DNA of 25,544 bases from a virus (Duplodnaviria; Caudoviricetes). The translations under genes and the position numbers were made by a program. Position 1 is the stretch's first letter, and each line of letters opens with the position of its first letter. The notes under the pieces were generated by a model. That model saw nothing but the letters and a program-made list of their open reading frames with translations, made no database searches and was not told the DNA's origin. This document shows, in pieces, positions 16,785 to 25,264 of this stretch. Location: positions 1 through 25,544 of the IMG/VR virus record IMGVR_UViG_3300022923_000092; one strand, written 5' to 3'.

Positions 16785-19264
16785 CTTTTAAAAACTGTAT
16801 TGATGAGGGCGTTGCTGAAGGGCAGATCACTGAGGATCAAGCCAAAGAGATCAAAGGTCTGTTTGATGAGCTGGAAACAAAATATAACCGGCAAATGGGT
16901 GGTGCTGCTGCAACAGCAAAAGCTGCGGCTGATACATCTATCTCTGCAAAAAAGATTGCTATACAGCGAAAGCGCCGCGCTATGCTCCAGGCCACAACCT
17001 GGAAGAAGATTAATTATGACTTATCAAATTACAAAACAGCTCTAGGCGCACCTGACAAAAACAAGGCAGCTTTAGCATTATATGAAGAAGATCGAAATTC
17101 AAAATTCAGAAGTATTACTCAGGTGCAAAAGGCTGTAACGCGCAGCGCAACAAGAAAGATGGATGAGTTCTTAGCAACTTTTCGTCGTAATCTTGTTGGA
17201 GAAACAAGAAACAAAGCCCAGCTTAAAAATGTAGTTCGTGAGATCTTTGGTGAAGAAACTGGCGATGCTTCTGCTAGAGAAATGGCACAAGCATGGAAGG
17301 CTGCATCAGAATATCTGCGCACAAGGTTTAATGCTGCCGGTGGCGCTATCTCCAAACGTCTTGATTGGGGTATGCCTCAGATCCACGATAGTATGAGCGT
17401 TCTTAAAGCGGGATACGCAGAGTGGCGGGATTTTATTGCGCCGCGCTTAGACTTAAATAAAATGAAAGATGAGCAAACAGGGTTGCCTTTTTCGGAACAA
17501 AAACTTGAGTTTGCTTTGCGTGATGCTTATGAGGCAATTAGCACTGATGGTTTTAATAAACTAAAACCTGGCGCAATGTCGGGAAACAAATCATTTGCTT
17601 TACGTCAGCAAGATCATCGTTTTTTTGTTTTTAAAAATGCAGATAACTGGATGGAATACCAGCAAAAGTTTGGTAATCCAAATGCGTTTGATGCAATGAT
17701 GGGCCATATTGATATGATGTCACGCGACATTGCTATGATGGAGGTGCTTGGCCCTAATCCAGCGGCAACAACAAATTTTATTAAACAAACTTTGGATAAA
17801 GAAGCCAGGACAACGCCAAAAGACCAACGTGAAAGAGCAATAAATAGAGCAAGAAAAGCTGGAAATACTATTGATGCACTTTATAGCGCGATTACTGGAT
17901 CTATAAATGCTCCGGTTGACAGCGTTATAGCAAGTACTTTTGTCGGCCTTCGTCAAATGCTAACTTCAGCGCAACTTGGGGGAGCTTTTATTGCTGCTAG
18001 TTCAGATATAAATTTTGGCCGAATTGCTAGATCTATGGTTGGCTTGCCGCAAACCAAAATGCTGAAAAAATATTTGGATTTTATTAATCCTCTTGGACTG
18101 GAGGAAAAAAGCAAACTTGCAATTCGATTAGGATTGACCGCCGAGGGCTGGTCAACCATTGCTGCGGCTCAAATGCGATATGTCGGAGATGTATCTGGGC
18201 CAGAGATAACGCGCCGTATGGCTGACTTTGTTATGAGGGCCTCTTTGCTTTCCCCCTGGACGAATGCGGGTCGGTGGTCTTTTGGCATGGAGTTCTTAGG
18301 AAACCTAGCTGACAACGCTGGCAAGACATTTAAGCAGCTTGATCCCATGATGCAGAAAACGCTAGATCATTATGGCATTGGCGCTGACAAGTGGGAGATT
18401 GTTAGAACAACCCCGCTCTATGAATATGAGGGCGCTTCGTTTTTAAGAGCTGAGGACATCGAGGCCCGTACAGATATACGCTCAGATTTAGCCCGTGACT
18501 TAGCAACTAATCTCTTGGCTATGGTGGAGACAGAAACAAACTTTGCTGTACCTAGCTCGTCTCTCCGTGGCCGTGTTGCATTAACTGGTGATGCTAAACC
18601 TGGAACGCTCGGTGGTGAGTTAACTAGATCGTTTGCCATGTATAAAAACTTTGGTGTTACTCTTGTCACTACGCATATGATGCGGGGTTTGGCACAACCA
18701 ACACTGAGAGCTAAAGGCACTTACTTAGCAGATATGGTGATTAGCACTACACTAATGGGCGCTATGGCGATGCAGCTAAAGGAAATGGCCAAAGGCCGAG
18801 ATCCTCGCCCAATGACAGATCCAGAGTTTTGGGGCGCTGCGATGCTTCAAGGCGGTGGCCTTACTATATTTGGAGACTTTTTATTTTCAGACGTAAACCG
18901 TTATGGCGGTGGCTTGTCTGAAACTGTTGCGGGGCCGGTGGTCGGATTTATTGGAGATCTAAATAGTTTGACAACTGGAAATATTTTGCAAACTCTTAAC
19001 GGTGAGGATGCAAATTTTGCAAGTGAGGCAATCAGCTTTGCCGGTCGTTATACTCCAGGCTCTACGCTCTGGTATTCTCGCCTGGCATTAGAAAGAATGG
19101 TTCTGGATCAAGGAAAGCTATGGGCAGATCCAGATGCCAGAAGCAAAATGCGCCGGTTAGAATCTAAATATAGGCGTGAATATGGGCAAAACTTTTGGTG
19201 GCGTCCTGGCAAGGTTGCTCCAGAAAGGCAGCCCGATGTTTCAAACGTGTTTGAGCAAAGATGA
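16781..19264 (+). CDS. Internal virion (ejection) protein, last before the tail fibre
   Basis: 827 aa, 'WGMPQIHD', 'DHRFFVFKNADNWMEYQQKFG', C-terminal Gly-rich hydrophobic helices ('AAMLQGGGLTIFGDFL'). BPP-1/epsilon15-type position. Confidence 0.75.
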   Translation: MTFKNCIDEGVAEGQITEDQAKEIKGLFDELETKYNRQMGGAAATAKAAADTSISAKKIAIQRKRRAMLQATTWKKINYDLSNYKTALGAPDKNKAALALYEEDRNSKFRSITQVQKAVTRSATRKMDEFLATFRRNLVGETRNKAQLKNVVREIFGEETGDASAREMAQAWKAASEYLRTRFNAAGGAISKRLDWGMPQIHDSMSVLKAGYAEWRDFIAPRLDLNKMKDEQTGLPFSEQKLEFALRDAYEAISTDGFNKLKPGAMSGNKSFALRQQDHRFFVFKNADNWMEYQQKFGNPNAFDAMMGHIDMMSRDIAMMEVLGPNPAATTNFIKQTLDKEARTTPKDQRERAINRARKAGNTIDALYSAITGSINAPVDSVIASTFVGLRQMLTSAQLGGAFIAASSDINFGRIARSMVGLPQTKMLKKYLDFINPLGLEEKSKLAIRLGLTAEGWSTIAAAQMRYVGDVSGPEITRRMADFVMRASLLSPWTNAGRWSFGMEFLGNLADNAGKTFKQLDPMMQKTLDHYGIGADKWEIVRTTPLYEYEGASFLRAEDIEARTDIRSDLARDLATNLLAMVETETNFAVPSSSLRGRVALTGDAKPGTLGGELTRSFAMYKNFGVTLVTTHMMRGLAQPTLRAKGTYLADMVISTTLMGAMAMQLKEMAKGRDPRPMTDPEFWGAAMLQGGGLTIFGDFLFSDVNRYGGGLSETVAGPVVGFIGDLNSLTTGNILQTLNGEDANFASEAISFAGRYTPGSTLWYSRLALERMVLDQGKLWADPDARSKMRRLESKYRREYGQNFWWRPGKVAPERQPDVSNVFEQR

Positions 19265-19279
19265 TAAATCTGGTATAGA
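19251..19279 (+). promoter_or_regulatory. Possible sigma70-like promoter for the tail fibre/lysis block
   Basis: TTGAGC (19251-19256), 17-nt spacer, TATAGA (19274-19279) with extended -10 TG at 19271-19272. Imperfect consensus. Confidence 0.35.
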
Positions 19280-19304
19280 GTAAACATAGACATAGGAAAA
19301 TGAC

Positions 19305-22172
19305 ATGGCTGACATTCCAATAAATCCGGTTACACGCCGAGTTGAGTTCACAGGTAATACTGGAACTGGCCCATTCGCGTTTACCTTCAACGTGCTTGCT
19401 CAGGCAGATGTTGCTGTTTACAAGAACAACACCTTGCTTGCTCTTACGAGCGATTACACAGTGTCACTAAACTCAAACGGCACTGGATCAATAACACTTG
19501 TATCTGCGCTAATTGCTACGGATGATCTGGTGATTATCGGTGACTTGCCATTATCCAGAACAACGGACTTTGTGACTGCTGGTGACTTGCTTGCTTCCTC
19601 TTTGAATGAGCAGTTTGACAGCAATGTTGTTATGTCTCAGCAGCTCGATGAAAGATTCGATCGGACTATTCGCTCTCAGCCAGGCGATATAAACAAGAAT
19701 CTTTATCTGCCTTTAGTTGATGACCGTGTTAGCCAGCTTCTTAGCTTTGATAGCTCAGGTAATATTACAACTACAAACCTGTCTAATGTTCCTGATATTG
19801 GAACAGTAAACTTAACTGTTAGCGGCCTTGCATCATTTGCTGATGGATCTTTGGGTGCGCCAAGCATTACAAATATTGGCGATACAAATACCGGCATATA
19901 TTTTCCCGCAGCCGATCAGCTCGCGTTTACTGCTGGTGGGAATAATATATTTAGCATAACGTCAACCTATGGGCTAATGAGTAAGCCTTTATATTTTAGT
20001 GATGGTATTCTTCTTACGGATAATTCAGCAACAGCCTTAACAATCAAAGAGGGTTCTAATAATTATTTAACCTTTATTACAACGAACGGATCTGAAAAGC
20101 TTTCGTTTGGTAAGCCTATTGATGTTACTGGTGCGATTACGACTAACACAAGTCTTAACATTGCCAGCAGCACTACGGTTGATGGGATCTTAGACGAAGA
20201 TGATATGTCATCTAACAGCGCTACTAAGCTGGCGACGCAGCAGTCTATTAAGGCTTATGTGGATGCGCAAGTTGGTACGGTTGATACGCTTGCTGAGGTT
20301 CTTGGCAATGGCAACACGACTGGTGGTACAGATATTGCGGTATCATCTGGTGATGACATTACGTTTGCAGATAACAGCAAAGCCATCTTTGGCGCAGGGT
20401 CTGACCTACAGATTTACCATGATTCGGCAGACAATTCATCCAGACTAATAGAAAGTGGCACTGGAAACTTTTTTATTGGTGGAGATAATATTTATTTAAC
20501 TAACTCTGGAATATCTGAGTTCTATTTAAGAGCAGTAGAAAATGCAGGAGTTACATTATACTATGATAACTTACAAAAGTTAAACACCAGCAGCACAGGC
20601 GTAGACATCACGGGTACTTTGACCAGCGATGGGCTGACTGTGGATGGGGCTGTAGACTTTTCAACAGGCACAGGATCAAATGTTGTCTTAGGTAATACAG
20701 GCAGTTTCACTGGTTCAGAAACAGCACAACTTGTTTTTGAAGAAGGTTCTACAGAACTTGCCCAAGTACAATGGAACCCTAGTGGAAATACTTTTGTACT
20801 AGAAAACAAAATCTACAATGCACCAATTTCGTTTAGAACCTTTGGGGCAACCGAACGATTAAAAATAGATGGTGCTACAGGCGACATCAGCTTTTACGAG
20901 GACACTGGCAGCACGGCAAAGTTCTTCTGGGATGCGAGTAAAGAAAGTGTTGGAATAGGAACAACTTCTCTTACGCCTACTGATGGGGCAAATATAGAGT
21001 TAAGTTCTGCAACAAGTTCAAGAATTATTCTTGATAGCACAGGAACAGGTGGACGAAAGTACACTATGGCTTCTGGCACAAACGGGAGTTTGGATTTTTA
21101 CGATTATGATGCTGCGGCTTATCGCATGCGCATTGACAGCAGCGGACGGGTTGGCATTGGGACGAGTTCGCCTAGTGGTAGCTTATCCGCTGGGGGTCTT
21201 CATGTAACTGACCGTATAGCAGTTGGTTCTGGTAGTACTGGCACACCAGCCTTGCATTATGATGCAGATACAGACACAGGTATTTTCTTTGGTACAGGCG
21301 TTGTGGGTGTATCTACTGGCGGCTCAGAACGCATGCGCATCGACAGCAGCGGTAACTTGCTGGTGGGTAAGACGAGTGCGGCTTACAATACTGATGGTTT
21401 TGAGACACATCCAAACGGAGAAACCTATGTAAGCCGTAGCGGAACGCCTATGGCAATTAACCGCAATTCGTCTTATGGAACGCTTTTAAACTTTTACAAA
21501 GACGGCGGCGGTGTGGGGAGTATTGGGACTGATAGCAATGGTGACTTTGTTATAGATGGAAGTGCTAATCATTCAGGATTGCGTTTCAAAGATAATACCG
21601 TTGTACCAAAGCAAAATGGCTCTGATGCAGACAATGCAATAGATTTAGGTAAGTCCGATAAGCGCTGGAAAGACCTCTACCTCTCTGGCGGTGTCTACCT
21701 TGGCGGGGTAACGTCGTCTAATCTGCTAAATGACTATGAGGAGGGGATTTTTACTCCACAAATTGCAGATGCTATAAGTGGGGGAAACTCAACTACAACA
21801 GGTAACACTATTGCTGGCCATTACGTTAAAGTTGGCTATATAGTTCACGTTAGCATTAGGATAATTTTTCCAAATACTTCAGGTCTTACATCTGGAAATG
21901 TTTTGTATATTAGAAACTTGCCTTTTACCTGTTACAATGCAAGCGGCGGTTTCCCTCTTGCAGTAGGTACAGCCAGAAATATTAACTACAGCCATGACAT
22001 GATTACAGCTCAAGTTTCGCCAAATAGTACTTATCTTAACCTTGAAAGCTGTAGGGCTGCCTCGTTATCTTCACCCTTAGCTGAGGAAGAACTTACTTGC
22101 GGTCAGTTTTCAGGGGATGGAACCTCAGGTTCACCTGTCCTTTATTTAGGCGGCACATATAGAACAACCTAA
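19305..22172 (+). CDS. Tail fibre protein (T7 gp17-like N-terminal anchor, mosaic shaft)
   Basis: N-terminus 'FTGNTGTGPFAFTFNVL...DYTVSL...RTTDF..GDLLASSLNEQFD..V.MSQQL'. Repeated 'RMRIDSSG' and 'DTGI.F' shaft motifs. C-terminal domain begins 'LNDYEEGIFTP'. Confidence 0.9.
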   Translation: MADIPINPVTRRVEFTGNTGTGPFAFTFNVLAQADVAVYKNNTLLALTSDYTVSLNSNGTGSITLVSALIATDDLVIIGDLPLSRTTDFVTAGDLLASSLNEQFDSNVVMSQQLDERFDRTIRSQPGDINKNLYLPLVDDRVSQLLSFDSSGNITTTNLSNVPDIGTVNLTVSGLASFADGSLGAPSITNIGDTNTGIYFPAADQLAFTAGGNNIFSITSTYGLMSKPLYFSDGILLTDNSATALTIKEGSNNYLTFITTNGSEKLSFGKPIDVTGAITTNTSLNIASSTTVDGILDEDDMSSNSATKLATQQSIKAYVDAQVGTVDTLAEVLGNGNTTGGTDIAVSSGDDITFADNSKAIFGAGSDLQIYHDSADNSSRLIESGTGNFFIGGDNIYLTNSGISEFYLRAVENAGVTLYYDNLQKLNTSSTGVDITGTLTSDGLTVDGAVDFSTGTGSNVVLGNTGSFTGSETAQLVFEEGSTELAQVQWNPSGNTFVLENKIYNAPISFRTFGATERLKIDGATGDISFYEDTGSTAKFFWDASKESVGIGTTSLTPTDGANIELSSATSSRIILDSTGTGGRKYTMASGTNGSLDFYDYDAAAYRMRIDSSGRVGIGTSSPSGSLSAGGLHVTDRIAVGSGSTGTPALHYDADTDTGIFFGTGVVGVSTGGSERMRIDSSGNLLVGKTSAAYNTDGFETHPNGETYVSRSGTPMAINRNSSYGTLLNFYKDGGGVGSIGTDSNGDFVIDGSANHSGLRFKDNTVVPKQNGSDADNAIDLGKSDKRWKDLYLSGGVYLGGVTSSNLLNDYEEGIFTPQIADAISGGNSTTTGNTIAGHYVKVGYIVHVSIRIIFPNTSGLTSGNVLYIRNLPFTCYNASGGFPLAVGTARNINYSHDMITAQVSPNSTYLNLESCRAASLSSPLAEEELTCGQFSGDGTSGSPVLYLGGTYRTT
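21123..21352 (+). repeat. 23-bp direct repeat pair within the tail fibre (21123-21145 and 21330-21352)
   Basis: CGCATGCGCATTGACAGCAGCGG versus CGCATGCGCATCGACAGCAGCGG, 22/23 identical; both encode RMRIDSSG. Confidence 0.9.
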
Positions 22173-22176
22173 TCAC

Positions 22177-22206
22177 CCCTGTTGGATCACAGGGTAGTCA
22201 GTCCAA
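22177..22206 (+). promoter_or_regulatory. Hairpin/candidate H-type pseudoknot between the tail fibre stop and the next RBS
   Basis: Stem CCCTGT (22177-22182)/ACAGGG (22189-22194). TTGGA (22182-22186) is complementary to TCCAA (22202-22206). SD AAGGAG follows. Confidence 0.45.
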
Positions 22207-22225
22207 GCCATAAAGGAGAAAAACG

Positions 22226-22480
22226 ATGGCACTAACAGAAGAAACAGTACAAGACAAAATAGAGATCGTAGGCGACTTTAAGCACGTTCAGGTGCGTACA
22301 GCCACGGTCATCAAGCGTGACGGTGTAGAGATCAGCCGATCATTCTCACGCCATGTAGTTGCACCAGATGCAGACATCACAGGTGAAAGCACAGAGGTGC
22401 AAGCCATCTGTAATGCAGTACACACCCAAGCGGTTAAGGATGCCTATGCCGCACACTTAGCAGCACAGGAGACACCATAA
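22226..22480 (+). CDS. Tail-fibre-associated conserved protein
   Basis: Strong SD. 'DKIEIVGDFKHVQVRTATVIKRDGVEISRSFSRHVVAP' resembles a family often found after fibres in marine phages (from memory). Confidence 0.75.
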   Translation: MALTEETVQDKIEIVGDFKHVQVRTATVIKRDGVEISRSFSRHVVAPDADITGESTEVQAICNAVHTQAVKDAYAAHLAAQETP

Positions 22481-22788
22481 TGGCTATTACTTACACTTGG
22501 ACTATTCCAACCCTTGAGCGTCACACTGCTGATGGTGGCGTTTACATTGCACATTGGCGCTGCACAGGCGTTGATGACGATGGCAACACAGCAAGCTCAT
22601 ATGGCACTTGTAGTTTAACCTACGATGCCTCTGCGCCTGACTTTACGCCGTATGCAGATATTACTGAGGCTCAAGCTCAAGGCTGGGTGTGGGGTCATGT
22701 ATCCCAAGAGGATACTGAAGCTGCTATTGCTTCTAAGATTGATGCGATAGCTAATCCAACCACTGAGGCGGGAGTGCCTTGGTCATAA
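22480..22788 (+). CDS. Tail-fibre-associated conserved protein
   Basis: 'YTWTI..LER...DGGV...HWRC...FTPYADITEAQAQGWVW...GVPW'; TAATG coupling. Confidence 0.75.
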   Translation: MAITYTWTIPTLERHTADGGVYIAHWRCTGVDDDGNTASSYGTCSLTYDASAPDFTPYADITEAQAQGWVWGHVSQEDTEAAIASKIDAIANPTTEAGVPWS

Positions 22789-22805
22789 CCTAGAAAGGAA
22801 ATCAT

Positions 22806-23009
22806 ATGACTGAAGAAAAAAAAGTCATTACGATTGACGATGTGGAATACACTGAAGATCAACTAAGCGATGTTGCAAAGCACTGCGTAAATCAAGTTAA
22901 GGCTCTTGAGGCAAACATCAATGGCATGACGTTAAAGATTGAACAGATGCAAGTCGGCCGCGCTGGATACTTACAAAAGTTGAAGGCTGAAATAAAGGAA
23001 GAAGAATAA
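22806..23009 (+). CDS. Small coiled-coil hypothetical protein
   Basis: SD GAAAGGA; 'ITIDDVEYTEDQLSD' followed by a heptad helix. Confidence 0.7.
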   Translation: MTEEKKVITIDDVEYTEDQLSDVAKHCVNQVKALEANINGMTLKIEQMQVGRAGYLQKLKAEIKEEE

Positions 23010-23200
23010 TGGACAAGCGCACCGTATCATCTGCTCATACGCGCATAGATGGATTGGAGAAGGAAATCGTGGCTATTAAAACCGAGATGGACATTCAATT
23101 CAAGGATCTGTTTAACCGCGTTAAGCGTTTAGAAGCGATTGTTATTGGTGCGTCTGCTTTTATTATAGCTCTACTTCTTCGCATAAATATGATGGGCTAA
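23009..23200 (+). CDS. Small coiled-coil protein with C-terminal TM helix (XhlA/holin-like)
   Basis: 'RVKRLE' followed by hydrophobic 'AIVIGASAFIIALLL'; TAATG coupling. Confidence 0.65.
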   Translation: MDKRTVSSAHTRIDGLEKEIVAIKTEMDIQFKDLFNRVKRLEAIVIGASAFIIALLLRINMMG

Positions 23201-23370
23201 TGATCTGCGCGCTCACCAACATACTGGTGGGCGTGGCAACCTACGGTCATCTTTACAATGCCTGTATATACCGATGCCCCTCTGGGATTTATAAGTATTA
23301 TCCATACACAATTCGTGTACCGTATAAAGCACCGTGCTTTTCTTACATTAAGGTAGGTAAGGACGCATGA
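23200..23370 (+). CDS. 56-aa Cys/Tyr-rich peptide, absent from the ORF track
   Basis: MICALTNILVGVATYGHLYNACIYRCPSGIYKYYPYTIRVPYKAPCFSYIKVGKDA. Start overlaps the upstream TAA (TAATG) and stop overlaps the downstream ATG (ATGA). Confidence 0.65.
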   Translation: MICALTNILVGVATYGHLYNACIYRCPSGIYKYYPYTIRVPYKAPCFSYIKVGKDA

Positions 23371-23849
23371 TTGATCCAATGACAGCTATCGCTACAGCGA
23401 CAGCCAGTTACAATATGATTAAGAAGCTGGTGTATGCGGGCCGTGAGTTAGAAGATGTAGCGGGCCAACTGGGTAAATGGTATGGTGCTGCGGCAGATCT
23501 TGGCCGAGCGGAGCAACAGCGTAAGAACCCACCCATCTTTACCAAGCTGTTTGCTTCTGGATCTGTAGAGCAAGAAGCCTTGCAGATTATTATTCACCAG
23601 AAGAAATTGGCCGAGCAAGAAAAAGACTTGCAGCAAATGCTGAATAACAGGTTTGGCTATGGCACCTGGCGCGAGATGGTAGAGCTTCGTCGCAAGATTA
23701 AGAAAGAGCGCGAAGAAACGCTGTACCGTCAGCAAGAGCGCAGGGCTGCTTTCTTTGAAACGATGTTGGTTGTGCTGCTATTGATAATGTTGGCTGCTAT
23801 TATAGTTGGCGGCACATGGTTGACTGGTCTTGGCGCTGGGTGGTGGTAA
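23367..23849 (+). CDS. Coiled-coil protein with C-terminal TM anchor
   Basis: 'MIDPMTAIATA' start, charged helix, hydrophobic 'MLVVLLLIMLAAIIVGGTWL'; SD TAAGGA close upstream. Confidence 0.75.
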   Translation: MIDPMTAIATATASYNMIKKLVYAGRELEDVAGQLGKWYGAAADLGRAEQQRKNPPIFTKLFASGSVEQEALQIIIHQKKLAEQEKDLQQMLNNRFGYGTWREMVELRRKIKKEREETLYRQQERRAAFFETMLVVLLLIMLAAIIVGGTWLTGLGAGWW

Positions 23850-24103
23850 TGGCTGACGGTGTTAGTGGCATTGGATCTGCTCCATTTAACATGCAGTCAG
23901 ATATTCATCAGCAAACACAATCGCGTGAGCGGATCGAGACGCACCTTGCGGAGCAGCGTGTGGAAAAAGAACATAGAGCTAATCACAGCCATCTTGAGGC
24001 ATTGGCAAAGCAAAGATTTGATTTGCAGGAAAGTTATGATAGGTTTGGCCGCAAGACAAATGCGGATCGTCCACAAGGAACAAACTTAAACATAGAGGTT
24101 TGA
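23849..24103 (+). CDS. Hypothetical protein (84 aa)
   Basis: ATG 23849 overlaps the previous TAA (MADGVSGIG...), preferred over the 23816 start in the ORF track. Confidence 0.65.
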   Translation: MADGVSGIGSAPFNMQSDIHQQTQSRERIETHLAEQRVEKEHRANHSHLEALAKQRFDLQESYDRFGRKTNADRPQGTNLNIEV

Positions 24104-24104
24104 T

Positions 24105-24299
24105 ATGGAAAAGATACTTGCTTGGAAAATCATGCCGCGTCTGATGATGCTGGTAATGACTGTAATGTATATTCGCGTCATAGAATGGTTTATGTCTTTG
24201 CCGCAGGATGAGGTAAGCACACAGGCAACAGCGCTCACAGCGACCGTTACAGGCGCTATGACGGGTGCATTCGCCGTATGGTTGGGATCAGAAAAATGA
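24105..24299 (+). CDS. Two-TM small membrane protein (holin-like)
   Basis: 'WKIMPRLMMLVMTVMYIRVIEWFM' and 'ALTATVTGAMTGAFAVWLG'; SD GAGGT; in the lysis cassette. Confidence 0.65.
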   Translation: MEKILAWKIMPRLMMLVMTVMYIRVIEWFMSLPQDEVSTQATALTATVTGAMTGAFAVWLGSEK

Positions 24300-24685
24300 T
24301 ACAAGCGTTTATAGGCCCGATTGCAAACCTTGCTGGAAGCTGGTTGCAGGGCAAGGCTGATAAGAATGCAGCAGAAGCCAAGCTAAAGTTGACTGAGGCA
24401 GAGGCTAAAGCTAAGATAATGCTCAGTGAAAAAACAAGCGTTGCCGATTGGGAGCGCATCATGGCTGAGGGTTCGCAGAATAGCTTTAAAGACGAGTGGC
24501 TTGTTGGCTTGTTTTCTGTGCCCTTGGTGCTTTCATTCTGCGGGGAATGGGGGCGCACAACCGTTGCAGAGGGGTTCACAGCGCTGGAATCTATGCCTGA
24601 CTGGTATCAATATACTTTGGGCGTTATTGTTGCTGCGAGCTTTGGTGTTCGATCTGCCACTAAATTCTTTGGGAGAACAAAATGA
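24296..24685 (+). CDS. Holin-like membrane protein (resembles 3TM/GTA-type holins)
   Basis: ATGA overlap at 24296. 'SFKDEWLVGLFSVPLVLSF', 'MPDWYQYTLGVIVAASFGVRS..KF'; directly upstream of the endolysin. Confidence 0.7.
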   Translation: MIQAFIGPIANLAGSWLQGKADKNAAEAKLKLTEAEAKAKIMLSEKTSVADWERIMAEGSQNSFKDEWLVGLFSVPLVLSFCGEWGRTTVAEGFTALESMPDWYQYTLGVIVAASFGVRSATKFFGRTK

Positions 24686-25194
24686 GTTTTAAATTATCGC
24701 AGCGCAGTCTTGATAGATTGCAGGGCGTAGATGAGCGTATGATTTCTGTGGTCAAGTTTGCAATCACCGCAACCAAAACAGACTTCGGGGTTATTCAAGG
24801 ATTGCGTACTGTAGAAATGCAGAAGGCTCTTGTTGCCAAGGGCGCTAGTCAAACCATGAAGTCAAAGCATCTGGACGGGCTTGCTGTGGATCTCATGGCT
24901 TATATCGAGGGCCGTGGATCGTGGGAGCTTAATCTTTATGATGATCTAGCTGATGCTATGAAGGAAGGTGCTGAGGCTGCTGGGGTCAGTGTGCGCTGGG
25001 GAGCTGCCTGGCACATAGATGACATCCGCAAGTGGGAAGGTGCATCTCACACATATGAATTACATAATGGGAAAACTGTAACTAAACATTATTCGTCAAG
25101 CATGGAGGATGCCATGAGCTACTACATTGATCTTCGGCGAAATCAAGACAGACGCCCATTTATTGATGGCCCTCACTTTGAGCTGATGGTATAG
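24682..25194 (+). CDS. Endolysin, peptidase M15 family (L-Ala-D-Glu peptidase, T5-like)
   Basis: 'FKLSQRSLDRLQGV', 'DFGVIQGLRT..MQ..LV..G.S.TMKSKHLDGLAVDL' (Zn ligands H, D), 'RWGAAW', 'DGPHFEL' (third ligand H). Confidence 0.9.
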   Translation: MSFKLSQRSLDRLQGVDERMISVVKFAITATKTDFGVIQGLRTVEMQKALVAKGASQTMKSKHLDGLAVDLMAYIEGRGSWELNLYDDLADAMKEGAEAAGVSVRWGAAWHIDDIRKWEGASHTYELHNGKTVTKHYSSSMEDAMSYYIDLRRNQDRRPFIDGPHFELMV

Positions 25195-25199
25195 AGTTC

Positions 25200-25253
25200 T
25201 GGGGCCAGCTTACAGGAAACTGTAACAGGGTTGTGATGGACTTGCTGGCCTCA
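25200..25253. other. Structured element between convergent genes (possible terminator or small RNA)
   Basis: Outer stem TGGGGCCAGC (25200-25209)/GCTGGCCTCA (25244-25253) encloses the hairpin TTACAG-GAAA-CTGTAA (25210-25225). Confidence 0.5.
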
Positions 25254-25264
25254 CGAAAACATCT

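Noticed and set aside
19305-22225. BPP-1-type diversity-generating retroelement acting on the tail fibre
   Set aside because: No reverse transcriptase and no ~100-bp template/variable repeat pair with adenine-specific mismatches was seen in the window. Only a hairpin follows the gene.
22170-22235. Pseudoknot-stimulated readthrough or frameshift from the tail fibre into 22226..22480
   Set aside because: The readthrough frame stops after about 20 codons, and the -1 frame has TAA at 22211-22213.
96-24579. Numerous minus-strand ORFs of 60-145 aa overlapping the structural genes (e.g. 12183..12620, 15827..16207, 11061..11435, 6050..6355)
   Set aside because: Antisense shadows of plus-strand genes, with Ser/Ile/Ala-rich composition and no recognisable motifs.
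679-24692. Other short plus-strand alternative-frame ORFs (679..915, 3461..3697, 10568..10882, 16800..17045, 20200..20448, 21223..21432, 23859..24089, 24426..24692)
   Set aside because: I saw no combination of well-spaced SD plus local codon anomaly like that at 15304 and 16402. Treated as chance open frames, though not tested statistically.
25181-25225. Hammerhead ribozyme near the endolysin stop (CTGATG...GAAAC)
   Set aside because: The core reads CTGATGG rather than CUGANGA, the GAAA is the loop of its own hairpin, and three hammerhead stems cannot be built.
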